Of a stretch of 64,000 bases of DNA, positions 18,728 through 29,064 are shown in pieces. The position numbers and the translations under genes are program-made. The notes below the pieces were generated by a model. It saw only the letters and a program-made list of their open reading frames with translations. It did not search any database and was not told the DNA's origin. The DNA lies in NCBI GenBank assembly GCA_030700025.1, contig JAUYKI010000015.1, positions 28,623 through 92,622 on the forward strand, read 5' to 3'. Position 1 is the first letter of the stretch; each line of letters begins with the position of its first letter. Origin of the DNA: a bacterium. GTDB taxonomy: Bacteria; Patescibacteriota; Minisyncoccia; UBA6257; 02-FULL-45-10c.

Positions 18728-19852
18728 TTAGTCAGCGGTCTGAATAATTTTTATAAATGCCGCGGCAGAATTCCGAATATCATACCGCTTCACCCAATCC
18801 AATAATAAAATTTTCATTAATGCCAGATCGGATGGTTTTTTATATAATAATGCTTTAACTTTATCAGCAAATTGCCCCGTATCGCCAACTCGCGCCAAAT
18901 AACTATGCATTGGCTCCGGCGTTATCTCCCGAACCCCGCCGATATCGCTCGCCACAAATGGAACTGCGGCCGCCATAGATTCCAATAGAACATGCGGAAA
19001 GCCCTCTTCATCAGACGGCATTATAAACAAATCGGCAGCCGCATAATAATAAGGCAGCTGATTATTCGGCACCCAGCCTAAAAATCGAACTTTATCCAAC
19101 AGTTTGTAATTTGTGATTTGTGATTTAATGCTTTCTCGTTCTGGGCCATCGCCAATTACCACCAATACCGCATTTTCGTCTTGAAGGGCCTTTAATATTT
19201 CAGGCAAATAATGCGCTCCTTTACGTTGGGATAAACGATGAACAAAAAGCAAAACTTTGGCGTCTTCCGGAATTTTTAATTCTTGTTTTATTTCTCCAAT
19301 TTTGATTTTTGATTTTTGATTTTTGATTTTTTCTATATCTACCCAGTTAGGCATGACTTTAATTTTATTCTCGCGAATAGCATAATGCGCGGCATACTCT
19401 TTTTTTAAGCTTTCCGTTCCGGTAACTAGAAAATCGATAAATCGATACGCCAATCTCTCTAATTGATTTCTTAAAAAATTCTTCCGGTAAAGCCACGGCA
19501 AGCCGCAATTCCAATAAAAAACTTTTCCTCCCAAAATCCCGCTGATTAACGACGCGTTAAAAGCGGCGACGAAAGAATAGTGGATATAAAAATTTTGGCA
19601 GCCGGACATCCGCGCCTTCGCCAAAAGAATAAGATTTTCCAGCCAGCGTAACGGGAGAAAATGGAATTTTTGAATAAACTTTTTAAACCCCGCCGAGTCC
19701 CCCTTCCCCCTTTCCGCAATCAAAAAAATATCGGCGCTTTGAGCTAGCAAATCCAACATCTTATATATTGAATAAAAGTGAGTTGCCGTTTCCAGGTTAT
19801 ATTCCGGCACAACAAAGCAAATTTTCAGTTTTTCCATATGGCTAGCGGGCAT
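18728..19852 (-). CDS. GT4 family (GT-B) glycosyltransferase
   Basis: The C-terminal domain has the ...FIMPS.EEGFP...ESMA... (E-x7-E) region. The gene contains two heptanucleotide arrays. Confidence 0.75.
   Translation of the reverse strand: MPASHMEKLKICFVVPEYNLETATHFYSIYKMLDLLAQSADIFLIAERGKGDSAGFKKFIQKFHFLPLRWLENLILLAKARMSGCQNFYIHYSFVAAFNASLISGILGGKVFYWNCGLPWLYRKNFLRNQLERLAYRFIDFLVTGTESLKKEYAAHYAIRENKIKVMPNWVDIEKIKNQKSKIKIGEIKQELKIPEDAKVLLFVHRLSQRKGAHYLPEILKALQDENAVLVVIGDGPERESIKSQITNYKLLDKVRFLGWVPNNQLPYYYAAADLFIMPSDEEGFPHVLLESMAAAVPFVASDIGGVREITPEPMHSYLARVGDTGQFADKVKALLYKKPSDLALMKILLLDWVKRYDIRNSAAAFIKIIQTAD
19103..19126. repeat. Heptanucleotide tandem array (TTTGTRA)x3 inside the GT4 coding sequence, encoding KSQITNYKL
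   Basis: Read directly; translation confirmed in frame. Confidence 0.85.
19301..19328. repeat. Heptanucleotide tandem array (TTTGATT)x4 inside the GT4 coding sequence, encoding KIKNQKSKIKI
   Basis: Read directly; translation confirmed in frame. Confidence 0.9.
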
Positions 19853-19927
19853 TATATATAAAACTCATAAATTGAATCAACGGTTTTTTAAAAAAATAAG
19901 GGCGCGTTTGCGTCCCTTAAAAATATC

Positions 19928-20896
19928 TTATTTAGACAGTGCCTTCAAGTCTGAATTAACCATCATTTCCACCAATTCAGTAAAGCCGACTCTCGGCTTC
20001 CAATCTAATTCCTTCCTAGCCAAGGAAGAATCGCCCCTTAACAGATTAACCTCAGCTGGCCTGATAAATTTAGGGTCAGTCCGGACATAGTTTTCCCAAT
20101 TTAAATCAACGCATTTAAAAGCCGCGACTAAAAATTCTCTAATGGAGTGGCTTTCGCCGGTAGCAATAACATAATCTCGAGCCTCTTTCTGCTGAAGCAT
20201 CAACCACATCGCTTCCACGTAATCGCCGGCAAATCCCCAGTCCCGCTCCGCGTCTAAGTTTCCCAAAACTAATTCCTTCGCCGTTCCCAGTTTAATCCGA
20301 GCTATCGCATTGGTAATTTTCCGAGTTACAAATTCCAAACCGCGCCGAGGAGATTCATGATTGAATAAAATCCCGGAAGCAGCAAACATTCCATAAGATT
20401 CCCGATAATTCACCGTAATCCAATGGGCGTAAAGTTTAGCTACCCCATAAGGACTGCGGGGATAAAACGGGGTCTTTTCGGTCTGCGGAGTTTCATGAAC
20501 CTTCCCGAACATTTCCGACGAAGAAGCTTGATAAAACTTGATGCTAGGATTTACCTGACGAATCGCTTCCAAAACCCGCACCGCGCCCAAACCCGTCACC
20601 TCTCCGGTAAAAACCGGCTGTTTCCAGGACTCATGGACAAATGACTGCGCCGCCAGATTATAAACTTCATCCGGCTTAACTTCCTTTAGCGCGTGGACTA
20701 CGGACGCTTCGTCCAAAAGATCTCCGGAAACCAGCTCAATACGATCCAAAATATGATCAATATTCATCCGATTTTTTTGGCTGCTCCGCCGTTCCAATCC
20801 AAATACTTGATATCCTTTCGCCAAAAGAAACTCCGCCAGATAAGAACCATCTTGCCCGGTAATTCCGGTGATTAGGGCTACTCTGACCATTGCCAT
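19928..20896 (-). CDS. gmd: GDP-mannose 4,6-dehydratase
   Basis: [24 protein letters not shown]-terminus, with Gmd-like conservation throughout the 322 aa. Confidence 0.9.
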   Translation of the reverse strand: MAMVRVALITGITGQDGSYLAEFLLAKGYQVFGLERRSSQKNRMNIDHILDRIELVSGDLLDEASVVHALKEVKPDEVYNLAAQSFVHESWKQPVFTGEVTGLGAVRVLEAIRQVNPSIKFYQASSSEMFGKVHETPQTEKTPFYPRSPYGVAKLYAHWITVNYRESYGMFAASGILFNHESPRRGLEFVTRKITNAIARIKLGTAKELVLGNLDAERDWGFAGDYVEAMWLMLQQKEARDYVIATGESHSIREFLVAAFKCVDLNWENYVRTDPKFIRPAEVNLLRGDSSLARKELDWKPRVGFTELVEMMVNSDLKALSK

Positions 20897-20952
20897 CCTC
20901 CTATTCCAATTTAAAAGTAACTGTAATAGCGTAGCACCTTAAAAAACACGCG

Positions 20953-22398
20953 TCAATTTAATACAAAAATTGAGTAACTCCCCAAATTTGAATAAGGCGA
21001 ATAATGTTTATCTAAAATAAGTTGCTCCGGGCTGGATAATCCCTCACTAGCCGAAAAAACAATGACTTCCGGCAAAGAATCGGCCAATAACGGGCTGGTT
21101 CCCATAGTCGGAATGCCGGCCATATCTACAATTTGAAACCGCTGGTCGGTTTTCAGCAATACCGAAAGCGCCAGGGAATTGATAGTGCCAATACTCTGAT
21201 TTAGAAATTCCTCATTTAAAAAACGGCTGGCTTTAATTTCGGAATCGGAATAAAAAATTTGAGCGCCGGTAAAAAGATGGGTTAGTTGAATTACAATCAA
21301 AGCTAGCGCCAAGCCAACCGGCAATCGTCGCGGATTTAACTTTAACTTAGCAATAAACAACTTAACGCGAATTAACAGCGATGATAAAACTGCCGGCAAA
21401 ACAAAAAGAATTAAAAGTTCGGCGATTAAAATATAGCGCAGCCAGCCCGGACTCCGAAGATAATAAATAAAAGCGAAAATGCCGTAAATAATTATAAAGC
21501 TATAAAGCGATTTTAATTTAATATTTTCTTCCTTAGTTCTAACCCGCCAAAGCAAAATAAACAAAATTCCGAAATAAATCAGAGTGGTGGAAAGGGGCGC
21601 GTTTAATAGATTTTGCGCAACATTTTCCATTAAAGAACCGGCGGAGTAAGGATTTTGATAAAAATTTAATATTCCTACCCAAGCCGATTTTGAAAACGGC
21701 TGTTCTAATACCAGCAACACCCAGCCAGCCGCGGCCGGCAACGCGCCCAACCCTACCAACATTAGTTTTTTAAAAAAGCCTGATTTTTCTAATAAGAAAA
21801 TAACCAGCATTACTGGCAAAATCCAGGTAAACACCGACGGCTTAGTAACTATCGCGAGGCCCCACAAAACTCCGCTCCAAAAATAAGAATTTTTATTAAG
21901 CCATAAATAAAAGCCGATAAGTAGAAAAATGAATCCCGGTATCTCGCCCACCACGGTCCGGCCGCTGTCGTGAAAAGAGGCAAAAGTAACAATTAATCCG
22001 ACTGATAACAAACTCAATTTTTCTCCGAATAAACTGCGACCCACCACAAAAATTGCCATTAGGGCAATTGCCATCCAAATCAGCATATAAATCCGCGCCT
22101 GAACCAACCCATAACCGAATATCTTAAAAAAGATGGCCAGGGGAACGGTTACCGGGTAGCCGGTAGACTGCAACAACTCTGGAAAGTCAGTGAATTCTCC
22201 GGGGGCAATCTGGACATTAAGCTTACCGAAGCCCAAAAAGCTTCTGGCCAGCTCAATACTCTTAGCCTCATCTATCCAAAGCCGTGGTTTAGTAGTCAGG
22301 GTCGCCCAAGAGCCGGTTAAAAATATAAGAAGAATCGCGCCCAGAACAACGCGAGGCCAATGTTCTTTAATAAAATTTTGATAAATCGAATTGTTCAT
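20953..22398 (-). CDS. Polytopic membrane protein (putative GT-C-like glycosyltransferase)
   Basis: About 12–13 hydrophobic helices. The start is uncertain (the ORF extends to 22443). Confidence 0.4.
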   Translation of the reverse strand: MNNSIYQNFIKEHWPRVVLGAILLIFLTGSWATLTTKPRLWIDEAKSIELARSFLGFGKLNVQIAPGEFTDFPELLQSTGYPVTVPLAIFFKIFGYGLVQARIYMLIWMAIALMAIFVVGRSLFGEKLSLLSVGLIVTFASFHDSGRTVVGEIPGFIFLLIGFYLWLNKNSYFWSGVLWGLAIVTKPSVFTWILPVMLVIFLLEKSGFFKKLMLVGLGALPAAAGWVLLVLEQPFSKSAWVGILNFYQNPYSAGSLMENVAQNLLNAPLSTTLIYFGILFILLWRVRTKEENIKLKSLYSFIIIYGIFAFIYYLRSPGWLRYILIAELLILFVLPAVLSSLLIRVKLFIAKLKLNPRRLPVGLALALIVIQLTHLFTGAQIFYSDSEIKASRFLNEEFLNQSIGTINSLALSVLLKTDQRFQIVDMAGIPTMGTSPLLADSLPEVIVFSASEGLSSPEQLILDKHYSPYSNLGSYSIFVLN

Positions 22399-23128
22399 AG
22401 TTTTTAATTCCCGATCGATGTAAAATATAGCGCGCCAAAACATTAAGAATACCCAAGCCGTATTTCAAGCTACGTCCGAATCCAATCATGGAAGCTTCCG
22501 CGAAGTATCGGGTGGTAATCGGAATTTCTTTTATTTTCATATTCGCCACCTTCATTTGGGCAATAATTTCGGTATCAAAAACAAAGTCGTTTGAATTAAG
22601 CCCCAGCGGAAGCTCTAAAACTTTCCGGCTATAAGCGCGGAATCCCGAATGATATTCAGTTAAATTCATTTTTAAAACCAAATTCTCCAGCCGAGTTAAG
22701 AAAATATTAGCTATAAACTTCCAATAAGGCATGCCGCCTAATAGCGCGTTGCGCCGAACATACATTCTTGATCCAAAAACCGCGTCGCATTCACCGCGGA
22801 CAATCGGCTGAATCATTTCGGGAATAAATGAGGGATCGTATTGAAAATCAGGGTGAACCATGACGGCAATATCCGCCCCCAGCCTCAAAGCCTCCCGATA
22901 GCAGGTCTTTTGATTGCCCCCATAACCAAGATTTTTATCATGAACAATGGTCTTTATCCCTAAATTTTTAGAAGCCTCCGCTGTATTATCCCGGCTGGCG
23001 TCGTCCACTAAAATAATCTCGTCCACCCAATCTTTCGGAATGGCAAAAAGAGTCTTTTCTAAAGTTTTAGCGGCATTATAAGCCGGCAAAACTACAATTA
23101 TTTTTTTATCGGATATTTTAACGCTCAT
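22367..23128 (-). CDS. GT2 family glycosyltransferase
   Basis: VVLPAYNAAKT...VDDASRDNT...HPDFQYD motifs. Confidence 0.75.
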   Translation of the reverse strand: MSVKISDKKIIVVLPAYNAAKTLEKTLFAIPKDWVDEIILVDDASRDNTAEASKNLGIKTIVHDKNLGYGGNQKTCYREALRLGADIAVMVHPDFQYDPSFIPEMIQPIVRGECDAVFGSRMYVRRNALLGGMPYWKFIANIFLTRLENLVLKMNLTEYHSGFRAYSRKVLELPLGLNSNDFVFDTEIIAQMKVANMKIKEIPITTRYFAEASMIGFGRSLKYGLGILNVLARYILHRSGIKNYEQFDLSKFY

Positions 23129-23830
23129 TTAATCTATAAACCGATATTTTATAATGGTCCATAAAATCAAAAATCCGTGCTTCCAATTAATTTTTTTTCC
23201 TTCTTCATAATTGCGGGGGTGGTACTTAATTGGGGCGGTAATAATTTTCTTTCCGCGCTTTAAAATTTTACAAACCAATTCATTATCAAAATCAAAATTA
23301 TTAGTTTTAACATTAATAGAATCTATCAGTTTTTTAGTAAACGCCTTATAACACCCCTCATATTCTTCGATGTTTGCCCTATAAAGCGCGTTGGTAAGCC
23401 AGGTAATAACTTCGTTGCCGAACCAGCTAAACCAATACAAAGATTTATGCCGCCGAGCATCATGCTCGGGCTGAACCCGGACGCCCAATACCGCCTCGGC
23501 CCGGCCATCTAAAATCGGCTGAATCATTGCCGTGTAATCATTGGGATCATACTCTAAATCCGCATCCTGAATAATAACCATATCACCGGTAGCGTTTTTA
23601 AATCCGGTTTTAACGGCGCCGCCTTTGCCAAGATTTTTTTCATGAAAAATATAAATAATTCCCGGGGTCTTTTTTAAAATCTCTCTGGTGCCATCCGTAG
23701 AGCCGTCATCTACTACAATAATCTCTTTTTCTATCTGGCCCAGCGAAACTGCCTTTACCGCCCCCAATAGCTTTTCTATGGTGTTTTTCTCGTTAAAAGC
23801 GGGTATAATAATGGAAAGTTTAGACATCAA
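23129..23830 (-). CDS. GT2 family glycosyltransferase
   Basis: SIIIPAFNE...[10 protein letters not shown]...QDADLEYDP motifs. Confidence 0.75.
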   Translation of the reverse strand: MMSKLSIIIPAFNEKNTIEKLLGAVKAVSLGQIEKEIIVVDDGSTDGTREILKKTPGIIYIFHEKNLGKGGAVKTGFKNATGDMVIIQDADLEYDPNDYTAMIQPILDGRAEAVLGVRVQPEHDARRHKSLYWFSWFGNEVITWLTNALYRANIEEYEGCYKAFTKKLIDSINVKTNNFDFDNELVCKILKRGKKIITAPIKYHPRNYEEGKKINWKHGFLILWTIIKYRFID

Positions 23831-23841
23831 TACAATATAAC

Positions 23842-24564
23842 ATGGCTAAAAATATTATTGTCATACCGACCTATAATGAAAAAGCTAATATTTCCTTGCT
23901 TTTAGAAAAAATTTGGGGCCTGCTTCCCGATACCTACGCCATGGTGGTAGACGATAATTCCCCCGACGGCACCGCTGAAGTGGTAGAAAAATTAAAAATC
24001 CGGTATCCAAACCTTCTATTATTGAAACGCCCGGGCAAAGACGGGCTCGGCAAAGCTTATATTGCCGCTTTCCGGAATATTTTTGCCAATTATAATTTTA
24101 CTACCATTACCATGATGGACGCGGATTTATCACACGACGTAAAATATTTACCGGAAATGCTAAGATTATCGGAAAATTTTGGCCTGGTGATTGGCTCGCG
24201 GTATATTCTCGGGGGCGGAGTCACTCAAAAATGGGGCGCTGGGCGACGGCTTCTTAGCGCGGCCGGAAATTTATATCTAAAAATAATTTTTCATCGCTAT
24301 CCGATTCAGGACTGGACTACCGGTTACAATGTAATCAGGGTGAATGTTCTTAAAAAAGTAAATTTTGATGAATTAAATCCGCGGGGCTACGCCTTCATCT
24401 CCAGCCTGAAATACCGGCTGGCCAAAGCCGGAGCCGCTATAAAAGAATCCCCGATATTTTTTGAAGAACGAAATGGCGGAGAGTCCAAGATGTCCCTTTT
24501 TATTATTCTAGAGGGATTAATTTTGCCCTGGAAAATTATTTTCCAAAAGCTATTCCGTCGTTAA
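23842..24564 (+). CDS. GT2 family glycosyltransferase (polyprenol-phosphate mannose synthase / Dpm1-like)
   Basis: [12 protein letters not shown]...[10 protein letters not shown]...MDADLSHD...IGSRY motifs. Confidence 0.75.
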   Translation: MAKNIIVIPTYNEKANISLLLEKIWGLLPDTYAMVVDDNSPDGTAEVVEKLKIRYPNLLLLKRPGKDGLGKAYIAAFRNIFANYNFTTITMMDADLSHDVKYLPEMLRLSENFGLVIGSRYILGGGVTQKWGAGRRLLSAAGNLYLKIIFHRYPIQDWTTGYNVIRVNVLKKVNFDELNPRGYAFISSLKYRLAKAGAAIKESPIFFEERNGGESKMSLFIILEGLILPWKIIFQKLFRR

Positions 24565-24581
24565 GGGAGTGTTCTTAAATT

Positions 24582-25913
24582 TTAAAGATTGCTGATTCGT
24601 TCTAAAACTCTTTCAAGATTTCTCCAGGCATCAAAAATAGTATTCAAAATTAAAAACAAGCTTACATAAAGGGCGGATTTCCAAGCAAGGCGGCCGCTTA
24701 ATAATTCCCGCAAGCCATAACCGGCAAACACCGCAAAAAATGGGTAAACCAGCATCCGATATCGCGTCTCTACGATAATGCCCACCACCGCCAATGGCAT
24801 CATGATTAATAAGGCGGTTAAAAATTGGGCTCGGGTTTTATCGGCGCCCGCCAAATTCTTAATTTTAAGGATTCCCCAAAATCCTAAAATAAATAAAATT
24901 GCGGAATATATCGCGGAAAGCGCTAGCGTCAATCCCCTGCTTAAACCGTGCAAATGAAACCAAAAACCGGTCGGCCGGGCGAAACTAAAATAAATGGAGA
25001 TTCTGTAAAAAGTTATTTTTAAAAATTCCAAAGGGTGGAATGCCATAAATTTTAAAGTTTCCTTGGTTAATTGCCGGCTGCCGGCCACCAAGCCATATTG
25101 TTCCAGGTATTGATCGGCCAGCGGATAAGGCTCTAATTCGCCGGTGGCGCCCAAGTGGTTGCCGGCCAGCAAATCCACGCCATAGGCTAAATTAGTGGGA
25201 ACAAACGCGTTAAAAACAATATAATTCCGAATAATCCAGGGCGTAAAAATAATGGCTGCTCCGCAAAGAACTAATAATCCGTGATTCCATTGTTTGGCGC
25301 GAAAACAGTAAAATAAAATCGGCAGAAAAAGAAATAGCGCGGGAGTCCGGACGCTTCCCGCCGCCCCCATCGCTAAACCCAATAATAAAATTATCGGCCA
25401 AGAGCGCCGCTGGCTATTAAAATAACGGAAAAATAAATAAGCGCTGAGGGTAATCAAAAAAACTCCCAGCGTTTCCGTCATCAGCATTCCCTGCATAGTA
25501 ATCAAATCCGGAGAAAAACCGATTAAAACAGCGGCAACAATTCCCGCGGAAAAACTCCAATTATCTTTAAAAACCTGCCTGCTAACTCCAAAAACTAGCA
25601 GGGCCGAAAGGGCCAAAAGAAAAGCCTGGATAACCCAAATTACTTCATAGCTATAGCCAATAATAAAATAAATTGCCGCCAGAAAGAATTCGTATCCCGG
25701 ACCCACCCGCATAATAGAGTTATCCTGATCCAGCGGGCCCTCTAAAGACCCCCGATAACCGTTACCGGCGACAATATTCCGGGCAATGCTATCATAAGCG
25801 CGGGCATCTACCGCCGGCGGAATTCTGAAATAAAATGAATAGGCCAAACCGCAGATAAATACCCCCAACAACACTGCCGCCAAAATTAATTTTTGATTTT
25901 TGCTTAATTCCAT
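24582..25913 (-). CDS. GT-C fold membrane glycosyltransferase (ArnT/PMT-like, GT39/GT83-type)
   Basis: An Asp-rich motif in the first loop (VDARAYDSIARNIVAGNGY) and a polytopic topology. Confidence 0.5.
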   Translation of the reverse strand: MELSKNQKLILAAVLLGVFICGLAYSFYFRIPPAVDARAYDSIARNIVAGNGYRGSLEGPLDQDNSIMRVGPGYEFFLAAIYFIIGYSYEVIWVIQAFLLALSALLVFGVSRQVFKDNWSFSAGIVAAVLIGFSPDLITMQGMLMTETLGVFLITLSAYLFFRYFNSQRRSWPIILLLGLAMGAAGSVRTPALFLFLPILFYCFRAKQWNHGLLVLCGAAIIFTPWIIRNYIVFNAFVPTNLAYGVDLLAGNHLGATGELEPYPLADQYLEQYGLVAGSRQLTKETLKFMAFHPLEFLKITFYRISIYFSFARPTGFWFHLHGLSRGLTLALSAIYSAILFILGFWGILKIKNLAGADKTRAQFLTALLIMMPLAVVGIIVETRYRMLVYPFFAVFAGYGLRELLSGRLAWKSALYVSLFLILNTIFDAWRNLERVLERISNL

Positions 25914-27010
25914 CTTTTTATTATCTTAACAACTCTTTTCTCCCAAGTATAATTCTGAACCTTGGCGTAGGCATTCGCGGATAATGATTCTGCCAATGAC
26001 TGATTGCCGGCCACGGCTTCAATGGCTTTAGTTAAATTGGCCGAATCGCCTGCTTGAAAAAAGAAGGCTTCTTTTTCGCCGATCATTTCCCGCAACGAAG
26101 GAAGATCGGACGCGACAATCGGCCTTTGGCAGGCCATATACTCAAAAAGCTTTAAAGGAGAAGTGTATTTTTCAGAAATCGGATCTCCGGCCTTATTGGG
26201 AATAACTAAAACATCAGCCGCTTTTAAATAAAACGGGATATTTTCCCTTTTTAAAAAAGGCAGTATCCTAGCCTTAGTTTTAGGATATCGTTCTTGGATT
26301 TTTGCCAATTCATGGGGATGAGCTCCAATTAAAATTACCAAATAATCCTCCCCAAGTTTATCGGCGGCTTCAATTAAAGAATCGGCCCCTTTCCAGTCAT
26401 AAAAAAGGAAACTGCCGGTATATAGAATAATTTTTTTATTCATGGGCAAGCCCAGCTTTTGCCGCGCTTCTTTTTTAGAAATATTAATGGCAAATTCGTT
26501 CAGGTCCACGCTGTCGGGCAAAACCAAAATCTTCTCCGGAGCTATTCCCAGGCGCAGAATCTCTTTTTCTAAGGAATGCGTAATGACAACAATTAACCCG
26601 GCGCGCCGCAACATACGCAAAAACCATTGCCCGGCCCGATGAGGCATGGCATGAACCTCTAAAATAAAATTGTGGAATAAAATTCCCGTTAATGATTCTC
26701 GGGTATAAATAATATCGTATTTTTTAAACAGCAAATAGATTCTAGTAAAAATCAAAAAGCTGGCGGTGGATATAAAAAACCCGATTTTATGAATATCCAC
26801 CCAATCCGGGCCGGGTATCCAAATGATTTTAAAATTTTTCCTAACCTTATAAAACTCAAATGGATCAGTCTGCAAATTATTAAAACGGCGCGGTACCAAC
26901 AGATCCACGGCAACCCCCTGCTCGGCAAAGGCTTCGCACATTTTCATAATCTGGATGCCGTGAGCCTTCTCGGTAGGCATACGGATATTGGCGATATAAA
27001 TTAACTTCAT
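25904..27010 (-). CDS. GT4 family glycosyltransferase
   Basis: GT-B architecture with a ...VLVIPNKAGDPISEKYTSPLKLFEYMA... region. The start was moved to MKLIY. Confidence 0.7.
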   Translation of the reverse strand: MKLIYIANIRMPTEKAHGIQIMKMCEAFAEQGVAVDLLVPRRFNNLQTDPFEFYKVRKNFKIIWIPGPDWVDIHKIGFFISTASFLIFTRIYLLFKKYDIIYTRESLTGILFHNFILEVHAMPHRAGQWFLRMLRRAGLIVVITHSLEKEILRLGIAPEKILVLPDSVDLNEFAINISKKEARQKLGLPMNKKIILYTGSFLFYDWKGADSLIEAADKLGEDYLVILIGAHPHELAKIQERYPKTKARILPFLKRENIPFYLKAADVLVIPNKAGDPISEKYTSPLKLFEYMACQRPIVASDLPSLREMIGEKEAFFFQAGDSANLTKAIEAVAGNQSLAESLSANAYAKVQNYTWEKRVVKIIKRWN

Positions 27011-27134
27011 CCCACACATAACAAAGACTGCGAAGCTTTTCGCAAATCCTTGCCTTTTAATTTAATGCGGCATTTTGATTTTACCATCATAGTTATTAGC
27101 TTAGATATCCTATGGTCTTTGTTATGTGTGGGAT

Positions 27135-28280
27135 TCATATTTTTAAAATTTGCAAAAACTTATTAGCGGCGTCTTGCCAGGAAAAAATTTTAGACCGCTC
27201 TAATCCCTTAATAATTAAATCTCCGCGCAGGCTATTATTGCTTAAAACTTCAAAAATTTTGTCCGCCCATTGCTGGGGATCTTTCGGGTCCGCCAACACC
27301 GCGGCGCCGCCCGCCACCTCTGCCAATACCGGAATATCTGAAACAATTACCGGCGTCCCACAGCTCATGGCCTCTACTATCGGCAAACCAAAACCTTCCA
27401 ATAAAGAAGGAAATGCTAAAACATCGGCCAAATTATAAATAGCGGGCATATCTTCGTCTTCAATATAAGGCGCAATTATTACGTCCTGATTCAAATTTCT
27501 GCTTTTAATTTGAGCCTCGATCATAGAGGTATATTTTGGCAAATGCCTGCCTCCCGCAATAACCAGTTTATGCGGAATAGGGTGGGCGCTCTTTAATAAT
27601 GAAAAGGCTTCAATGAGAGTGTGAATATTTTTATGGGGCTCAATTCTGGAAACATCTAAAATAAAAGGTTTTGCGATGCCGTATTTATCCTCCAAAAGTT
27701 TTCGGGATTTTTCTTTAGCGTCCTCCGAATATTTTTTGAAGTTTTCTCCGGCAGCGGGATAAATTATAGAAACCCTATCGGGATTCAAATGATGATATTC
27801 AATAACTGCTTGCCGCGCGTCTTTAGAAACCGCGATGACTGAATCCAAAAAATATTTGCCGGCTATTCCCAAGAACCCATAAAATAACTTTGTGCCCAAG
27901 TCTAATTTTTCTTTATAAATAAGGTTCGCCGGGGCATCATAGGCCAATAATACAAATTTCTTAGAATTTAAAAACCAAAATCCCGGATAAACAAATTTAT
28001 TAAAAATAACAGCGTCAAAGCTTTCTTTATTAGAAATAAAAAAAATCAGATAAGATATTAAGGTGGAAAAAATCGGACTAGGATAAACTTTTATCTCAAT
28101 ATTTCTGATTTTTTCAGCCAGCGGGTGGCTGCATGGCCCCGCCTTTCTAATCAGCACGACCTCTGCTTGATCGGAAAAATTAGCCAAAAGCTGTTCAGTT
28201 AATTTTTGAACTACCAATGCGGTTCCCTTGGCTTTTCTGGAAAAATCTTCGCCGAAAAAAGCAACTTTAATTTTTTTCAT
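27135..28280 (-). CDS. GT4 family glycosyltransferase
   Basis: ...VLAFPSLLEGFGLPIVEAMSCG... E-x7-E region. The start was moved to MKKIKVAFFG to avoid a 40-nt overlap. Confidence 0.7.
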   Translation of the reverse strand: MKKIKVAFFGEDFSRKAKGTALVVQKLTEQLLANFSDQAEVVLIRKAGPCSHPLAEKIRNIEIKVYPSPIFSTLISYLIFFISNKESFDAVIFNKFVYPGFWFLNSKKFVLLAYDAPANLIYKEKLDLGTKLFYGFLGIAGKYFLDSVIAVSKDARQAVIEYHHLNPDRVSIIYPAAGENFKKYSEDAKEKSRKLLEDKYGIAKPFILDVSRIEPHKNIHTLIEAFSLLKSAHPIPHKLVIAGGRHLPKYTSMIEAQIKSRNLNQDVIIAPYIEDEDMPAIYNLADVLAFPSLLEGFGLPIVEAMSCGTPVIVSDIPVLAEVAGGAAVLADPKDPQQWADKIFEVLSNNSLRGDLIIKGLERSKIFSWQDAANKFLQILKI

Positions 28281-28312
28281 CTTCTTATGCTTATGTAACT
28301 TTTTTCGCCGCC

Positions 28313-29059
28313 TTATCGTTTCGGAATATTTTTCTTCCAGCGCAAACTCCAAACTACCCCTAAAGACTCCTGAATATCCTCCCAGGAGCTTTTAGACGCC
28401 CCGCCGGTCCGTTCTAAAAACTTAATGGGGATTTCCTTAACTCTGGCGCCTAATCGGATCATTTCATATAAAAGATGGATTTTATAAGCGTGGCGCCTGG
28501 ATAAAATTTTATCCTCCGATAAAGGCAATTTATCAAAAAACCCGCTAACCCGCGTTAACTTAAATCCGGAAGTATTATCATTAGTGGGCAATTTCAGCAT
28601 GAATTTTATGAACCACCCGCCGAACCAGCTTAACAATTTGCGGTACCAAGCCCATTTTTGAGGAATAGCTCCGCCTGGAACGTATCGGGAACCAATTACA
28701 TAATCATAGCCATTATCTAATTCCGCGATTAAGCGCTTAATATCTTTGGGGTCATGCTGAAAATCCCCGTCAAATTCTATAAAAGCGCCGGCGTCCATTT
28801 TTTCTACCGCGTATTTCATGCCGGCAATATAAGCCATGCCCAACCCGCGCTTTTCTTTTTCTATCAATAATTCGATGTTGTTATACATCGGCATTTTAGC
28901 GCGAACCGCTACCGCTGTTCCGTCCGGCGAATTGCCGTCTACGACTAAAATACTTAACTCGTGATTGGCAATATTTAAAAACTCCGCCTCTACCGCATCA
29001 ATTACCCGGGTGATGGTTTTTTGCTCGTTATAGGTGGGTATAATAACAACTATTTTCAT
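28313..29059 (-). CDS. GT2 family glycosyltransferase (Dpm1-like)
   Basis: VVIIPTYNEQ...VVDGNSPDGT...EFDGDFQHDP...IGSRY motifs. Confidence 0.75.
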   Translation of the reverse strand: MKIVVIIPTYNEQKTITRVIDAVEAEFLNIANHELSILVVDGNSPDGTAVAVRAKMPMYNNIELLIEKEKRGLGMAYIAGMKYAVEKMDAGAFIEFDGDFQHDPKDIKRLIAELDNGYDYVIGSRYVPGGAIPQKWAWYRKLLSWFGGWFIKFMLKLPTNDNTSGFKLTRVSGFFDKLPLSEDKILSRRHAYKIHLLYEMIRLGARVKEIPIKFLERTGGASKSSWEDIQESLGVVWSLRWKKNIPKR

Positions 29060-29064
29060 AAAGA

